Source: the human T2T-CHM13v2.0 reference genome, Homo sapiens. From it: DNA of 64,000 nt. The stretch is from NCBI RefSeq assembly GCF_009914755.1, contig NC_060936.1; one strand, written 5' to 3'. The notes below the pieces were generated by a model. The model was given only the letters and a program-made list of their open reading frames with translations. It was not told the DNA's origin and ran no database searches. This document shows, one piece after another, positions 39,859 through 54,566 of the stretch; the stretch's first letter is position 1, and the number at the start of each line of letters is the position of its first letter. The position numbers were made by a program, and so were the translations under genes.

Positions 39859-42619
39859 AAACTTGGCTTAATTATGAAATTAACACAACGAAAAACTTTT
39901 TTTGCACTATAATTTACCATACATTCATTCAGGCAATTAAAAGGTTGTAGCCCTCATTCAACATTTGTTGAGATGCGTCTCTGTGCCAAGTCTTTGAATT
40001 TGATCTTAAATATTTATAATTGAAGACAAATTGAGCCTCAAGTTGCTGAACCTCAAGGAATCAATTCATTCAACAAATTCAACAAATATTTACTAACTGT
40101 CCTGGAAATGAAACCTGAATAAGGGAAAGCCCTCATCACCTAGGAGTGCAGCATACTGAAGATGGTCCAATAAATATTGAAATACAATGACAAACCTGGA
40201 CACACTATCAATGTCTGGACATGTCAGAACAACTTTGTAGAGGACTGTGTCTAAGTCAGGGCACTTTATGCAAAATTCTGTGTATGTTTTTTTTTCCTTT
40301 TTAATGAGAAAAGAGTCCATAACTGCATCATGTTTTCTAAGGAGTCCATGTCTAAGTTAACAAGGGAAGGTTGTCCTAATCAGAGGGAGTAAGATATGCA
40401 AAGACAAAGAGGCAACACAATATATTGCTTGGTCCAGGTAAGTGGATTGATGTGGTTATCTTACAGGGTATGTGTAGGTCATACTGGCATCTCTTCTCTT
40501 TTTATTGTTTTTTTTTTTTTAGAAGATCGCAAATACATGAAAATAATAAAAACTCTCAGTTGAGAACCAAGCAAAATAATCAAGGTTTTCCAAATTTAGG
40601 ATGACTAATATCAAACAAGTACAAAGACCACTTGCTCCCAGAAAAAGTAAGAAAAAAAGAAAGCAGCTCTCCTCATATAAACTTTGTCCCATAAAACCAG
40701 GCTACAACCATTAGCAGCTTCTTTTATCACTTTGTATTAACTAAATTAAATTTTGGAACCTGGGCCTGTGTCCAATTTGAATAACAATTGTTTATTTTAT
40801 ATATATATTCATATATTTTATTTGTTGATTTGAAACAAATTTATACCACAAAAAATAATGGAATCTGAGACAACAGGAATTTGATCCCAAGAGGGATTTG
40901 GAGTCCGTTCAAATGTCTAACAAGTATTTTGCAACATACTTGCAAAGTCCCAGACTGCGTTGCTGGACCAAGTCTCTCTAGACAAAAGGTGTTCTGCAGT
41001 ATCGAGGTATATTTCCATCATTCACTCCAAAAGCTGCTTGTTTGCCTTTATTTATTTTGGTGGAGATCTAGTTTTGCATTAGATTCCAATTATTACTTTC
41101 TGGATTTAGGTAACTTGCAATTGTGTGACTTTGCCTAATGATATGGCAATTGAAATGTTGCTTACTTCTAAGAACTCTTCTTTATTAATAATAAGTATGT
41201 TCCTAAGTATCCAGTGAAATAATCTAAAATTGCATACATTTCTATATTAACAATTTTCCTATGTCATAAAAATATTTCATTGGAAGTGAAGACCAAAAAG
41301 CAATGTAAGTACTAAATCTCAAGGATTTATCAACAGAAAACATTATAATTTTATAAAGACTATAAAACTATAATTATAATTATAACCAAGTTGTAATTAT
41401 ATAATTATTTAACTATAATTGCAAATTATAATTATTCCTAAAAATTACTGTAAACTTTCTTCACAAATTTGTGAAACCAAATAATTCTTTCCCCATTACT
41501 AGCTTTTCCTCAACTCTCAAAATGTTCTGAACCTACACATATTAACTTTTTCAGAGACTTTTTTTATTTAATAGTGAGCAGAGCTTCCAAATGAAGTTAA
41601 GACGTATGACATGTGAAACATGAAACAATTTTTAAAGAGCCAGCCTTCCTAAAGTCCCTGACATATCTTCACTCATGTTATGCTCCACTTCATGGTTGGA
41701 TTAGACTGGTATGTGTGATCAATAGCCAGTTTCCTGAATCTTCCCATTGTGTCTGCTGTTCATGTGCATAATCGATCAGAGAAATTCCACAAACCATACT
41801 ACTTTGTGCCTGTGTGCGTGCATATATATATATGCACATAGGTCTGAAATGAGCAATCCTAACACAAGGTTTAGAAATGTCCAATAGCTATATAACCACA
41901 GTTTTCAGAGTCATGGATCACCTCACTCATCTGATTTTATTCTGACAAGTTTGTAGGCCTGATTAAGACATAATGATGACACTACCTTCTCCTTCCAACC
42001 ATTCCATTTTAGCATTACAGCAGTGCTTTGAAAGTGCTCTTCCGATTCTGATATTCCTCCTTATTCATACATCTTATTTACACATTTGGGAATTCACTGC
42101 TCCAGGGTCAATGTTATCTCAGATCTTGACGTCTTTCCACAACCCAATCTCAAGATGGTTTTCCCTTCCAGTTGACAACACTGACCTTTCCACCCATTGG
42201 GCTAAATAGTGGTAGCAAAATGTTAGGCTAACTTATACATTTCATAAAGTACCTTCTACTGGACAGAAATTTTGTTGTTCATAGACTTAAATATCAGGGG
42301 AATGAAAAATTTCTCCCTTTCTCTTCCCTAAATTCTGTACTTTCAGAACCAGAGAAACCCATATATATATCTATATATCATTCCATGACTCTGAAAATTG
42401 TAGTTATATAGCTACTGGACATTTCTAAATCTTATGTTAGGATTGCTCATTTCAGACCTATGTGCCTATGTATCTTTTATGAAGGAAGATTTGGATTACA
42501 AATCCAGACAATTACATCTGGTAGTATTCTACAAATCAGAGGCCCTTGCTGTGTGTGGCATCTCTCAGAACACTGGATTTCAAACTGGAGCAAAAAGTTG
42601 TTAATGTTTTTGTATGTAG

Positions 42620-42935
<316 letters not shown>

Positions 42936-43221
42936 TGTGTGTAGGGTCTTAAAACACTTATCTAATGGAAAGAGTGACCTAAGCCACCCAAAGTTACTGC
43001 ATCACAGAGTTATCATGACAATATTATAACACAGTACATACAAAATGCCTGATGTAGAACAAGGCATGTAGCAGGTCCTCAAAAATAGATACTGAAGAAT
43101 TAAGTCTTAGCCAACTTGTCCTGCCACATAATTTAGTTTCCACTGTGACAAGCTGAGGTCTCAGTTCTTTGTCACAGAAGACTTGAGTATATGCTGCACA
43201 ATGGTCACTTTCCATTATATT

Positions 43222-43470
43222 TGTTTTTTAAAAGCTATTGGTATATAATTGACGTACAATAAGCTACATATATTTAAGCTATATAACTTGTTGAATTTTA
43301 ATACACCTTTGAAGCCCTCACCATGCTCAAGATAATTAACAAATCTATTCTCTTGAAATTGTTCTCTTGCATCTTGGTAATCCATTCCTCCTTCCCCTGC
43401 CTCCTTCCCTGGAAAATCACGAATCTGCTTTCTCTCACTGTTAAGTAGTTTACATTTTTGAGGCTTTTCT
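43222..43470 (-). mobile_element. L1M (L1MB/MC-like) 3' end
   Basis: gctattggtatataattgacgtacaataagctacatatatttaag...ccatgctcaagataattaaca...atctgctttctctcact. Confidence 0.75.
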
Positions 43471-43471
43471 A

Positions 43472-43745
43472 GAATGGCCTCTAGAAATTGAGGCCCTCAG
43501 TCCTTCAACTGTAGGAAACTGAATCCTAACAACCCTTACAGAAGCCTGGAAGAGGACTCTGAGCCTCAGATGAGGTTGCAGCTCCAGCCAACACCTCAAT
43601 TGCTGCTTGTGAGACACTGAGCAGAGGACCCAGTTATGTCGTGCTCAGATGTGTGACCTACAGAAGCTTCGCGATGCTAAATGCATGTTGTTTTAGGCTG
43701 CTAAGTTTCTAATAATTTGTTCTACAGCAATAGAAAAATAATACA
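43472..43745 (+). mobile_element. MLT1E/F-like LTR, 3' half
   Basis: ctgagcctcagatgag...ttgtgagacactgagcagaggacccagtta...cagcaatagaaaaataataca. Confidence 0.85.
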
Positions 43746-44399
43746 CTGCCAAAACAGTGACCCTATCCAGGCTACCATTTCTGAATATTTTAAACAGTCC
43801 CATTACATTTTAATGAGAAGGTTTTTTTTTTTTCGAAGAGTCCAGTACCATTTTTATGACCACCTTCCTAAACGATAGCTAAAAATGTAAACTGAAAATC
43901 TCCTTTATAATAGCATTGATCTGCCGAGATGCTGTAGCTGCTGTTTTATTGTTCACAGAATCTCTCCAGTGCATTTGATCATTCTGATGACTTATCATTT
44001 CTCTGCATATGTTAGTCAAGGAAGGATGGAACTGGAGAGTATTTTCCTTTGAAGCTTGGCATGGGGAATAAAAGAATTATGTGTATCAGAACTCTAGTTC
44101 TTTGAATCTCCTTTTCCTCTTTTGTTCTCCTACTCTTAGAACCAAATGAAATTGAAAATGCAAGAAGAAGCCAAAAAGCATCAGGAAGATACACTTGACA
44201 ATTTTGATTGACACTTCCTACTGCAGGTGAATTCCACATTTCTACACGTATACTTTGCTTCAGAGAGCAAGACCATAAATACTGGCTCTCAGGCTGGTTG
44301 GAGGATAATGTTTTTCAAGTTCTAACATTGTGTTATTGATGTAAATACTACTATTATACCACCATTTTGCCATTTTCATGCATATTTTAAATTTTATAT

Positions 44400-44635
44400 A
44401 CAGTATTTTGGGTAAAAATTAACTTTGGAGTCAACCAGCCTGAGCTCTACTGCCTCTCTCAGTTACTTGCCATGTGCTTGTGTGTAAGTGAGCTAACCTC
44501 TCTGAACACCAGTGTATTAATCTGTAACATAACAATCAGAGCTCCCATTGAGTATAGTTGTGAAGATTAAATGAGAAATGTATGTTGTTTACTTAATGGT
44601 GATTGACATACAGATAGTAACGTTATTACTATTAA
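44400..44635 (+). mobile_element. MIR SINE
   Basis: actttggagtcaacc...taacctctctgaacaccagtgtattaatctgtaa...gttgtgaagattaaatgaga. Confidence 0.8.
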
Positions 44636-44893
44636 TGTATTAACATGTTAACTTATTAATGGTAGCAAGTCTTAAGGTAAATTTATTTTAAAATCTGAAC
44701 ATTAATAAATTCATTCAAACAAATTCCAAACATTCATTACCTCTACAAGTATTATATGCAAAGTATTGTACAGGAAATAAGCAAAAGTCTAGGCTAGGCA
44801 GAGCGGTATTTTTCAATTATAGGTTCTTTTTAAAGAAAAATGTCCTAGTGTATCTGTGTTAATTTGAATGATTTTTATTATAATATTACAGAT

Positions 44894-44916
44894 ACACACA
44901 CACACACACACACACA
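44894..44916 (+). repeat. (AC)11 microsatellite
   Basis: Direct count. Confidence 0.9.
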
Positions 44917-46419
44917 AAACCTTGTACCATGTCTTATGAGGTATAATATAAATGATAGGCATCAATTTGTTCATCCCACATGAACACAGTAGTAATAGTT
45001 ATCTTTTGACTGTCATGCAATTTTTACATGTGATCTCATTTAGTCACCTAATAGCCTTGGTAAGTTCAATGATTATCCCTAACTCTCTGAGTGATTAGAA
45101 AAAAAAAAATGAAATGTAGCAGGAAAAGGGTTAGGAGAAATATCTGAGCTAGAGATATATACTAAAAACTGATAGTTGAAGATGAAATCATGAATACGAA
45201 ATTTCAAGAGATAAGAAAAAGGATGCTTACCCTTCTATATATAAGTGAATGGCTAAGACATACATAAGAGAGTCCCATTTGAACCACGGTCTGTCTGACC
45301 CAAAGATTGTGCACTTACCACTACTTTGTATTTACAACTGGGCTAGCAGTCAGACCTAGTTTTATGCATAGTGAAATTAATAAGCTTTAGTGTTCCAACA
45401 CTACTATTCAATTCACAATATAAGGAAATGAATACACTTTGCTGAATAGTTGTGACTCCTAAACCTTGTCAGGTCTAATAGTATTTGCCTAGGTGAACAT
45501 TATCACTGCCACATTGACTACAATAAAAAGATTTGAATCCAGATTTTAATGCTATGTTCTTTCTATCTGTGTTATCAATGAAAGACCACACAGAAATCAA
45601 AAAGAAGAGGGCGGTTTCTAGAAAGCAAGTCTAGAAAGGAAGAGTAAAAAATAAATGTTTATTTGGGAGACACTCTTTTGGCCTTTGTCATTTCCAATAT
45701 TCTGTTCATAGTTGTCCTATTAGTTTTGTGGTCTACGGAAATATTACGAAATCTTCAAGACCAAGAAATACACACTGTTCCTTCCAGAAGGCCAATTTTC
45801 TTTGCCAAACTAAACAGAAGTTCATCAAAAATGCTCTGCTATGCTGGAATGTATGAACATCATTTCAGTTCAGCCTTGCCTATTCAGTTCCTAAGAAGGG
45901 AATCGTTATGAAGTGAGTATGAAAGCCACTCAATGTGTGTAAAGAAGATGAATGGCAATGCTGTCTTTTCAACTTCTCCCATCCATAGTTAAAATGGAAT
46001 CATGGTTGTCCAGCTAAAGACTTTATTTGGCAGCCTTCCTTGCAATGAGGTGCGGTTATGTGATTAAGTCCTGGCTGATGCAACATGAGCATAAGCCATA
46101 TAATTGTTGCTAAAAAATCAGTTACTGTTTACTTATGAAAGTAAGTCATGCATTTAAGAGAAAGCAATGTGCATTCCCCTTAATTGTTTCCCATTTCCAG
46201 TGGATATAATGTGGATATGATGACTAGAGCTGAAGAAATCATCGTAATCCACAAGGTGGAAATTGTCCACACAGCTGCCTTTCCTACACTGGATGCCTTT
46301 CACCTGGGCTGCCATGTGAGCCAGAAATAAGCCATTTTGTTTAAACTACTGTTATTTCAGAACCCTATAACAACGATTGTATCTACAGCCTAATTAATTT
46401 TGAATTTGATACTAGAATT

Positions 46420-46719
46420 GGTGTTGCCAGCTCACACCTGTAATCCCAGCACTTTTGAGAGGCTGAGGAATGTGGATTTCTTGAGCCCAGGAGTTTGAGA
46501 CCAGCCTGGACAACATGGAAAAACCCGATCTCGACAAAAAATACAAAACTTAGCTGGCCATAGTGACGCATGCCTATGGTCCCAGCTACTCGGGAGGCTG
46601 AGACAGAAGATGGCTTGGGCCTGGGAGGCAGAGGTTGCAGCGAGCCAAGATCACAACTGCACTCCAGCCTGGGAGACAGAGTGAGACCCTGTCTCAAAAA
46701 AAAAAAAAAAAAAAAAAAA
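46420..46719 (+). mobile_element. AluJ (Jb-like) inserted in the MaLR internal region
   Basis: cttgagcccaggagtttgagacc and gagaccctgtctc; A24 tail; TSD tagaatt at 46413-46419 and 46720-46726. Confidence 0.93.
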
Positions 46720-48316
46720 TAGAATTAGGATTGCCACAACAGAATATAACTTCCTGGGTTAACAGTTGGACAGTAGGTAGAAAAGACACAGATATTAGAA
46801 GCTAGAAAATGGTGATTCTACCAGTATTTTGGAAACATGTTTAGAAAAATTGTTACCTCTGATACCTCAGAAGGCAGAACATATATGAGTGTAGCCTGTG
46901 ACTCTAGGAGATTACTGGAAAAACAAACAAACAAAAACCAGAATGCTGGTGTGCATGGCAGCCTGTTGAAGCTTTTGGAAAAATCCTACAGAAAAGAAGG
47001 ACTCAAGCTAGAACTAGAATGTTTGTGAGCATAGATCGAAGGGAATAAGGTAGTTTTTCTCTGCATGTAGCCTGAAATCTACTGGACAAAGAATCTAGTA
47101 ATTTAGAAATACGCAACACTGAAAAAGTTAATTATTTCTTCCAAAACTGAAATGGGGCTAAGAAATAGCTCTAAAGATGAAGGCTTAGCAGAAACTAAAA
47201 CTGTGTCCAGGCTTCTCTCATACTTCTTACCATAAGTACTCTCTGCTAGTCAGTGAGTCTAGTCCAGAAGCAATGATCAGATTAATGTTGGCCCTTTCCC
47301 AATCAATGCTATTGTTCTGGATGGCCTCAGATAGGCTACTAATAAAATGGGAATGGGCAAAGGCACAAGTCCAGGTAAAAAAGAAAAGGTCTCCAAATGT
47401 AAGAAGTCTGACTAGAGAATATCTTTGGCTGCTTACTTATGAAACCCGCTGGAAGCCAGTAGACTGTAAGCCAACTAAGATTTTGGGAAAAATACGTTAC
47501 CCCCCAAAAACACACTTCTAGTATGAAAAAAACCTGTGTCAGTTGGACCTACAAAGCAGCCCAAACCTCCAAAGCTATACATTTCCCAAGAGCAACATAC
47601 TCTCCAGCACTTCCTAAAGTTTCTATGGAGGAAAATGGACAAGGAAGAATGCCTCAGAAGGGCCACAGAGCAAATGGAGAAATAAGTTCCTCAGAGAGTA
47701 TAATCAGCATTTCCAAATGAACTAACCAAGCTGCCAGACAGTTTGCAATATCATCCTCAGCAAGACATGATGATTACTAAAAACCAGTGACTGTTCTTTG
47801 GTTTCCCACTCTTCCCCATTTCAACTGCGCATTTGGATGTCCTGCTCTTCCTCTAACATTTTTATTAAGTTTGGGTGTGAAGAGGAAGAAACAGATATTT
47901 TTTAATTGTCATATTCCTGGACCATAATAAGCTTCATCTTCCTAATGGGGAGGACCACACATGACCTATGACCCTAGACTTTGTTGATTCTGTAACTGAA
48001 TTGAACTCTGGGATTGACTCATTTGGAAAGAGACAGAATGTGTTAGACTGCTCATTGTCTTCTCCAATATTTATTCTCTGCTTTTTCCTCAGTTACAGAA
48101 CTTTCAGCTGAGAATATGGGATGCCCAGTAAAAATCTATACATCCCAAAAGTTGTGATTTGTTTTTGTTTTTTTCTAGATTATGTCCTTAAAGGAACATC
48201 TACATCCTCCCTTTTTCCTTCCTATTGGCCAAAATGCAGATGTGATGGGTGGAGCTAAAGGAACCATTTTTGTCCGTGAAGTATCAATTCTAGGTTGAAA
48301 ACTATAGAACCTCAAG

Positions 48317-48986
48317 CAGGCCCACCAATAATATTTTTAGGGTCTGGGAATTAGAGTTCAGATGGAAGACCAAATAACAGAGACACAAATATTTAAAAGT
48401 TATACATCTGCGAGAAAACTAGTAAATATAATATGTCCTAACCTCCTATCTTGACAAATATCAAATAATCTTGTATGCCAAGTTAAAGTGTAAAATCCTT
48501 GAAGTCCTTTGAATAATGCACCAGAATATGGTGAGTGCAGGAATACCCACCTAGCACTGGCTCCTGGCCCATGTCTATTCTCACCCAAATATAGCTCCAT
48601 GCTGCACTGCAAGGGACCTCATGGCATGTATATCCATCCCAGCTCACAGATCTGTTTCCTATGAACAGTTGCCACTTAGCGACCCCTTGCCTTGAGCCTA
48701 AGGGAGTACAGACCAGTAACACAGATCATGCTGGGGTAGAGGTATGCTTGGGCCCTGGAAGCAGACTCAGGTCCACTTAAACTGGGTATACTGAATTGTG
48801 AGTACCTAGCACTTGGTCTAGACTGTGGTGGGGAGCCAAACAGGTTCCACATAGGCGTACATCCTTGGTTTTGAAGATTTCTTGCTCTGTGGAAAATGCA
48901 CACATCTGGAGAAGGGACAAGGCGAAACCCTCAAAGACAGGGCTAAGGGGAGGGGCCGTTCTAGCTCTAGTCTAAGGATGTCACTG
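48317..48986. mobile_element. hAT-Tip100-type non-autonomous DNA transposon (FordPrefect-like) inserted in the 3' LTR
   Basis: CAG...CTG termini; aaatatttaaaagttata...taacctcctatcttgacaaata; LTR sequence resumes afterwards. The family name is tentative. Confidence 0.55.
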
Positions 48987-50274
48987 GAAGCAAGATAAAG
49001 AGATACATATCTCTGACACTGGGGAGCCATCATGTCTGCCCTAGAATACTTACTCTTAAATATTTTCATAAGAAATAAACATATTTTATATTGTTTATAC
49101 TACTGCTGTTTTGAGTCTTTGTTATAATAATTATACCTATATCCTAACTGTAATGCTAGGTGTCTTCAGGCAGGTTACCTGGATTTTATTGCCATACAAT
49201 ATTATACAAAGAAATACCTGAATCTTTTCTCCAAAAACCCTAATCTTCTTTATAAGACATTTCCATAGTATTTTTCTGTCATAATTGTGGATAATTATAT
49301 TCTATATATAAATTATAATTATATATAGTTTCTTATAGGTATGGTTAATGTCAGCTACATATCTTTCCTTTTTAGCTTGTGCTTCCAATGTCCTTTTCCT
49401 ACTGGCTGAACTTAAACATTGCTGACAAAATAAATGGCAGGATTCCACTCAGGTTGGACCTAAACAAGAACAAAATAAACATGTGCCTGCAAATATAGTA
49501 AAAAGCATGACACTGGATGTTTCCTGTGATTAGGATGCTTTTCTCTCTTTTAAGACAATTTAAACACTTTGCTCTAAATATGTTTTTTCAGCTTTTTTGT
49601 TTGGTCTGTTTATAAATGAATAGACCAAACTATACACCTATACTTAATGCACTCCTTAGTATCCATATGTTGCCAATTTTAAGCGTTGGTCTTCATAGAT
49701 GATGTAGATATGTCAGTTTCTCAGAATGTCATATGACTTAAGTTAGTCAATTTAATATCTTCTCATCTAATGACCACTGTGCCCACATCCTGAAATCTTG
49801 AGATATCCAGCTGTGAAAGTTTATTGGTCCTAAGAGTGATAGGATGGCCTTGGCCATCTCTGGATTTGAATCAATTTAAGAAATGGTAGACTATTGAGTT
49901 CTTTCTAAGACACATAAATTATACCATTTGTTGTATACAGTTACCTATTTAATAATCTAAACCACTCTGAGGTAAATACAACAGGTAGAGAACTCAGACC
50001 ACAAACTGAAGAGTATAAGAAATACAAATTTCTAATTTATTCATAATGAAACTTAATTTGTACATTAGGCCTCTATTCTGTGAAGTGGAGATAACTTAAT
50101 CTCACTTGTATTAAGAATGCCAAGCTTTTTTTTGCCGTGAGTTGGCATCTAAGTACTGGAGGACTTTATGAGTGGCATGGTAAGGATCATAGTGAGGATA
50201 ACTATAATCCTCAGTTTGCATTTTATAGCCACTCTGATATTACCCGAGACAGCAACATTCTTCAGGCTCTAGAT

Positions 50275-50967
<693 letters not shown>

Positions 50968-51549
50968 CTACCTTAGTCAAGCAAAGTCATCTCCATTAAT
51001 ATTACACCTAGTATTTTTGCAGATTAGTGGAACTATTATGAAAAAGTTAACTGAGGTTACTCTGGCTCAATTGCACAGTGTTGCTTAGATATTCTTAGAT
51101 ATCAAATCCTATAGGTAGAAAGAAATCTATTTCAATTTTTCTAAAAATCAAAATCACCTTTCTCTTTTGAGGATCATGTAGGAAGTTTTCTTCTACAGGG
51201 CTCTGACGAACTCATAAACTTGTTCATTGGATATTTAGAACAAAAAATTCATGCCCTGTTTCTGACTACCAGGAAAACATCAATTTTTGTCACAAATGAA
51301 CAAAGACGTTTCCATGATTTTTTCTTTAAATTGGGAGACCGCTCTGAGGGGAGTGCAGAGGTTGATGCTATTATAAGATACGGTACTATTCGAGCCATTC
51401 AGTTTCCAAAAGGAAAAATCATTCAATGTCCCGGAAGCAAGAATGTGTAGAATGTTATAAAATTCCTTAAACTGATGGGGGTAACTGTCTCAACAGGAAG
51501 CCCAAATCAAAGTTAACAAAGTCACTCTTTAGGAGGACAAAACACTCTA

Positions 51550-51921
<372 letters not shown>

Positions 51922-52639
51922 TTAGTCACTCTCATTTCCTGGGAGGAAAATCTTGGTGGTTTGGGAAGGATTTGGCAAAACATTTTGTCTCTACCCCTTG
52001 TGTTAGAACTTGGAAAAAAGAAAATAGAAGCTGTTGAGGAAACAATTGTTTCTCCCTGTGTCTTCCTAAGGCTTGCTGAATAAAGACAAGGGCTAGCTAA
52101 GGGTTTAAGGTAGGCAGCTGATTGGAGACACAGTGCTTTTAGTTAATGGGCTGAGAGCAGTAAGAAAACTCTAGCAGAGTTACCACTCACAGTCATCTAG
52201 TGAGAAAAATGTGACTGTGGCGTGATGAATTAAGATGACAGTTTTAGGATCCTCCAGGGTAGCTCTCTAGCTGTCAAAAAGAAAGTCAAGTTTGCTTACC
52301 TTTTCATAGTGATACTGTAATAAATAGATAATTAGGAACAAAATACCCAATCTCCATCCCCCCGCTATCCCCCATACACACACAGGCTCAGAAGCAACAT
52401 CAGCTGGCAGGCAGTACCAGGGTGAGGGAAGTTCTCCAAAGCAATCAAAGCAGAGAGAGCCAGAGGGCTGATATAAACCACATCCAAGAGAGAGCAACTG
52501 CCAAGACCAAAATAAGAAAAGTCAGACTAGATGTCAAATTGAATGGGGGCACAAGGTAGCATGGAGGAGAGAAGCCCAAATGTCCAGGAGTCAATGAAAT
52601 GTAGAAGTGAAATCAAGGTCAAAAGGTAAGTGGGCACAA

Positions 52640-53330
52640 AGCAATATTCATTTAACAAAGTGAATACCTGTTATGTGCTAGGCAAAATAGGTGCTGAGGA
52701 TGCAGTAATGAACTTGTCTTTAAGGAACCTATGGTCTAGTTGGGAAGGTAATAAATAAATAGCCCATTACACACAGAGTGCTGTGTATTGTGGGAGCACA
52801 TAATCAGGGCACATAACTCAGTTTTGGGAGTCAGAGAATATTTCCAGAGTACATGGCATCAAGACTTAGGTCTAAAGGATGATTTCAACTCAGCAGCCAA
52901 GATGGTTTCTCAGGAAGTAAGGAGGGAAGGCAACGGAAGAGACAGAGGGAAGCCGAGAACAGCTTCCCAGGACAAGGGCAGAATACACAAAGGTTTAGAG
53001 TTAAGAGAGAATACAAAGAAATACAAATAAGGTGAAAACATGAAAAATTATACCATGTTGAGGAGTTTGGGCTTTACACTGGTGGCTAAAGGAAGCATCT
53101 AAATTGTCTGCTTTTCAGCAACACTGAAATATAGACAATAAATTTGTGGGAGGCAAGACTGAAGGCTGAGGTAACAGTAGGAAGCTCTGACAGTTATATA
53201 GGCAAGAGATGACAGCGACCTGAGCTAGGCTGGTTGCAGTAGGGTTGAAGAAAAGTGGACGGATTCTGAGATCTAGACATCAAATTGAGAGGATTTATTC
53301 CATGGTTGAATCCAAGATTCAGGGAACTCA
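52640..53330 (-). mobile_element. L2 LINE
   Basis: attcatttaacaaa...aatacctgttatgtgctaggca...gtgctgaggatgcagtaatgaac...ggcaagagatgacagcgacctgagctagg...ggattctgagatctag. Confidence 0.8.
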
Positions 53331-54520
53331 GGATTTGGATCTGGACAAAGGCCTGAGCTTCTGGTACTTTTTCCAAGAATAGGGACAGACTCACCTTAGT
53401 CCCATATTCTAGAAACCTGTATGGTCAGCCTACTATGTAAAGGTGGAGTCTATGAGGATTCCTAGTTCTTTGAGCAAAGCTGCCCTGTGCATTGAGGGAC
53501 CATCAGAGGAAAGTTGGGGCTTCTCTGTTCTGATTTGCAACAATAGCTTCTGAGAGATGAATGAAAAAAGAACAGCCACAAATATAATTCTTTCAAATAC
53601 AGACCAGATCCTGGCCCAGCTGGAGGTGGAGCCACAGGGGAAGCTTACTGTTGTAAAAGAAACTCTATGGCAAATAATTTTGTAACATAAAGACTATTTT
53701 TATATTTCAAGGACTATGTATCAGTTTAAGCTTCTAAAACCTAATAATGACAGTCAATAAAAAACTGGATCTAGCAGAGTCTAAGAGGAAAAGATCATTT
53801 ATCAACACCAGCACCAATATCTTACGGGTCCCAATGCACTTTATGAATAGCAAACATGAAGCAACCATTGCGGAAATCACCAACTTACCAGAAGCACACT
53901 GACCATAGGCAGTGGTATTCAGACAAGACTTCCATAGTGGGATTATGATTTTTTCCACTAATTTTGTAGGATAAAAAACTAAAGGGTTCTTCCTAATTTT
54001 CCTAATCATACCTACAAATTGATATTTTATATGTAAAAAATATATAGATTTTTCTCAGTGATGAAACATCACTTTCAATCTGATTTTAATGTATTCAAAG
54101 CTATTGACTTTATACTTTATATATAAATATAGCAAAGAATATTGGAATGGAATAACATTACAGATTTTGGAAAGCACAAAGGGAAAAGAATAAGCCACAT
54201 AAAGTAATAGTAACAAGCCACATAAAAATTGAGACATTAATGTTAATAGTATTTTTTATTTGAAAGTTATGTTTTGATATTTGATATATTTGAAATAACT
54301 GAACTTGTTTGCTGAGTACTTTTGACATATAATTCAATCTGTTCTGTAAAATATTGTTTTTCACCATCCAGTGTCTTACTCTTCCAGAAGAAATTTTTAT
54401 TTTCTCCTCTGAAGACTAATACACAAAATTTATATTTAAGTAGTTTAATATGCATATTAAAATCCAAATTATTTTCTATATTAGTACACAATCAACTGCT
54501 TACAGGATATAGTCTATAAG

Positions 54521-54566
54521 ATATATATGTGTGTGTACCCACACACATACACACACACACATATAT
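54521..54566 (+). repeat. Mixed (TA)/(TG)/(CA) microsatellite
   Basis: atatatatgtgtgtgtacccacacacatacacacacacacatatat. Confidence 0.8.

Larger units (their letters stand above)
45935..49156 (+). mobile_element. Old MaLR provirus (MLT1J/I-like): 5' LTR ~45935-46398, internal ~46399-48038, 3' LTR ~48039-49156
   Basis: Two same-orientation LTR-like segments share motifs (aatgtggatatgatgactagagct / aatgcagatgtgatgggtggagct; agaaataagcc...ttgtttaaactactgtt / agaaataaac...ttgtttatactactgct). They flank MLT1-internal-like sequence. Confidence 0.7.

Noticed and set aside
41345-41440. (TATAAT)-rich stretch as a structured repeat or TATA array
   Set aside because: Irregular AT low-complexity sequence with no stable period.
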